A stretch of DNA of 64,000 nucleotides, taken from assembly GCF_006345805.1 (NCBI RefSeq), contig NC_042997.1, positions 194,060,001-194,124,000 of the forward strand. The letters run 5' to 3'. Every line of letters starts with the position of its first letter. Position 1 is the stretch's first letter. Of this stretch, positions 63,874-64,000 are shown in pieces. Origin of the DNA: Octopus sinensis. Taxonomy: Eukaryota. The notes beneath the pieces were generated by a model, which was given only the letters and a program-made list of their open reading frames with translations, was not told where the DNA came from and did no database searches. The position numbers and the translations under genes are program-made.

Positions 63874-64000
63874 TACCAGTTGCGTACTGGAGTCGATCTA
63901 ATCGACTGGCGCCTTCCCCCAAAATTTCGGGCCTTGTGCCTAGAGTAGAAAAGAATATTTAAGGCGACGAGTTGGGAGAGACGTTAGCACGCCGAGCCTT
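63871..64000 (+). mobile_element. SINE A alternative tail followed by the start of another SINE A
   Basis: ...gggccttgtgcctagagtagaaaag; aaggcgacgagttgg at the window edge. Confidence 0.8.

Overview
AT-rich, repeat-dense animal genomic DNA. The repeat repertoire looks like octopus/cephalopod; this is recognition from memory, not a search result. Most of the window is microsatellite, tRNA-derived SINEs (at least four head families, labelled A, B, C and E here) and broken retroelements: R4/Dong-type RLE LINEs, Tx1, CR1, RTE and Penelope. There are also mariner fragments, a non-autonomous Helitron and several fold-back/MITE elements. No intact autonomous element or complete gene is visible. One diverged U6 snRNA copy lies at about 41.2-41.3 kb (minus strand). 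One plausible first coding exon with a signal-peptide-like stretch and a GTGAGT donor lies at about 50.1-50.3 kb (plus strand). The most interesting signals are as follows. (1) The commonest SINE shares its 3' tail with a Tx1-clade LINE that sits inside a (GATA)n tract, and this SINE appears to target TAT-containing sites, including its own body, which builds headless tandem arrays. (2) Different LINE lineages are each embedded in a different microsatellite class. (3) The U6 copy is fused to a LINE/SINE-tail motif. (4) Several minimal Penelope-type hammerhead-like motifs occur. (5) Some tRNA-SINE copies are flanked by direct duplications of about 80-85 bp. Nearly all long ORFs in the supplied track are microsatellite artefacts. 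Coordinates were read by eye; boundaries of degraded elements are approximate.
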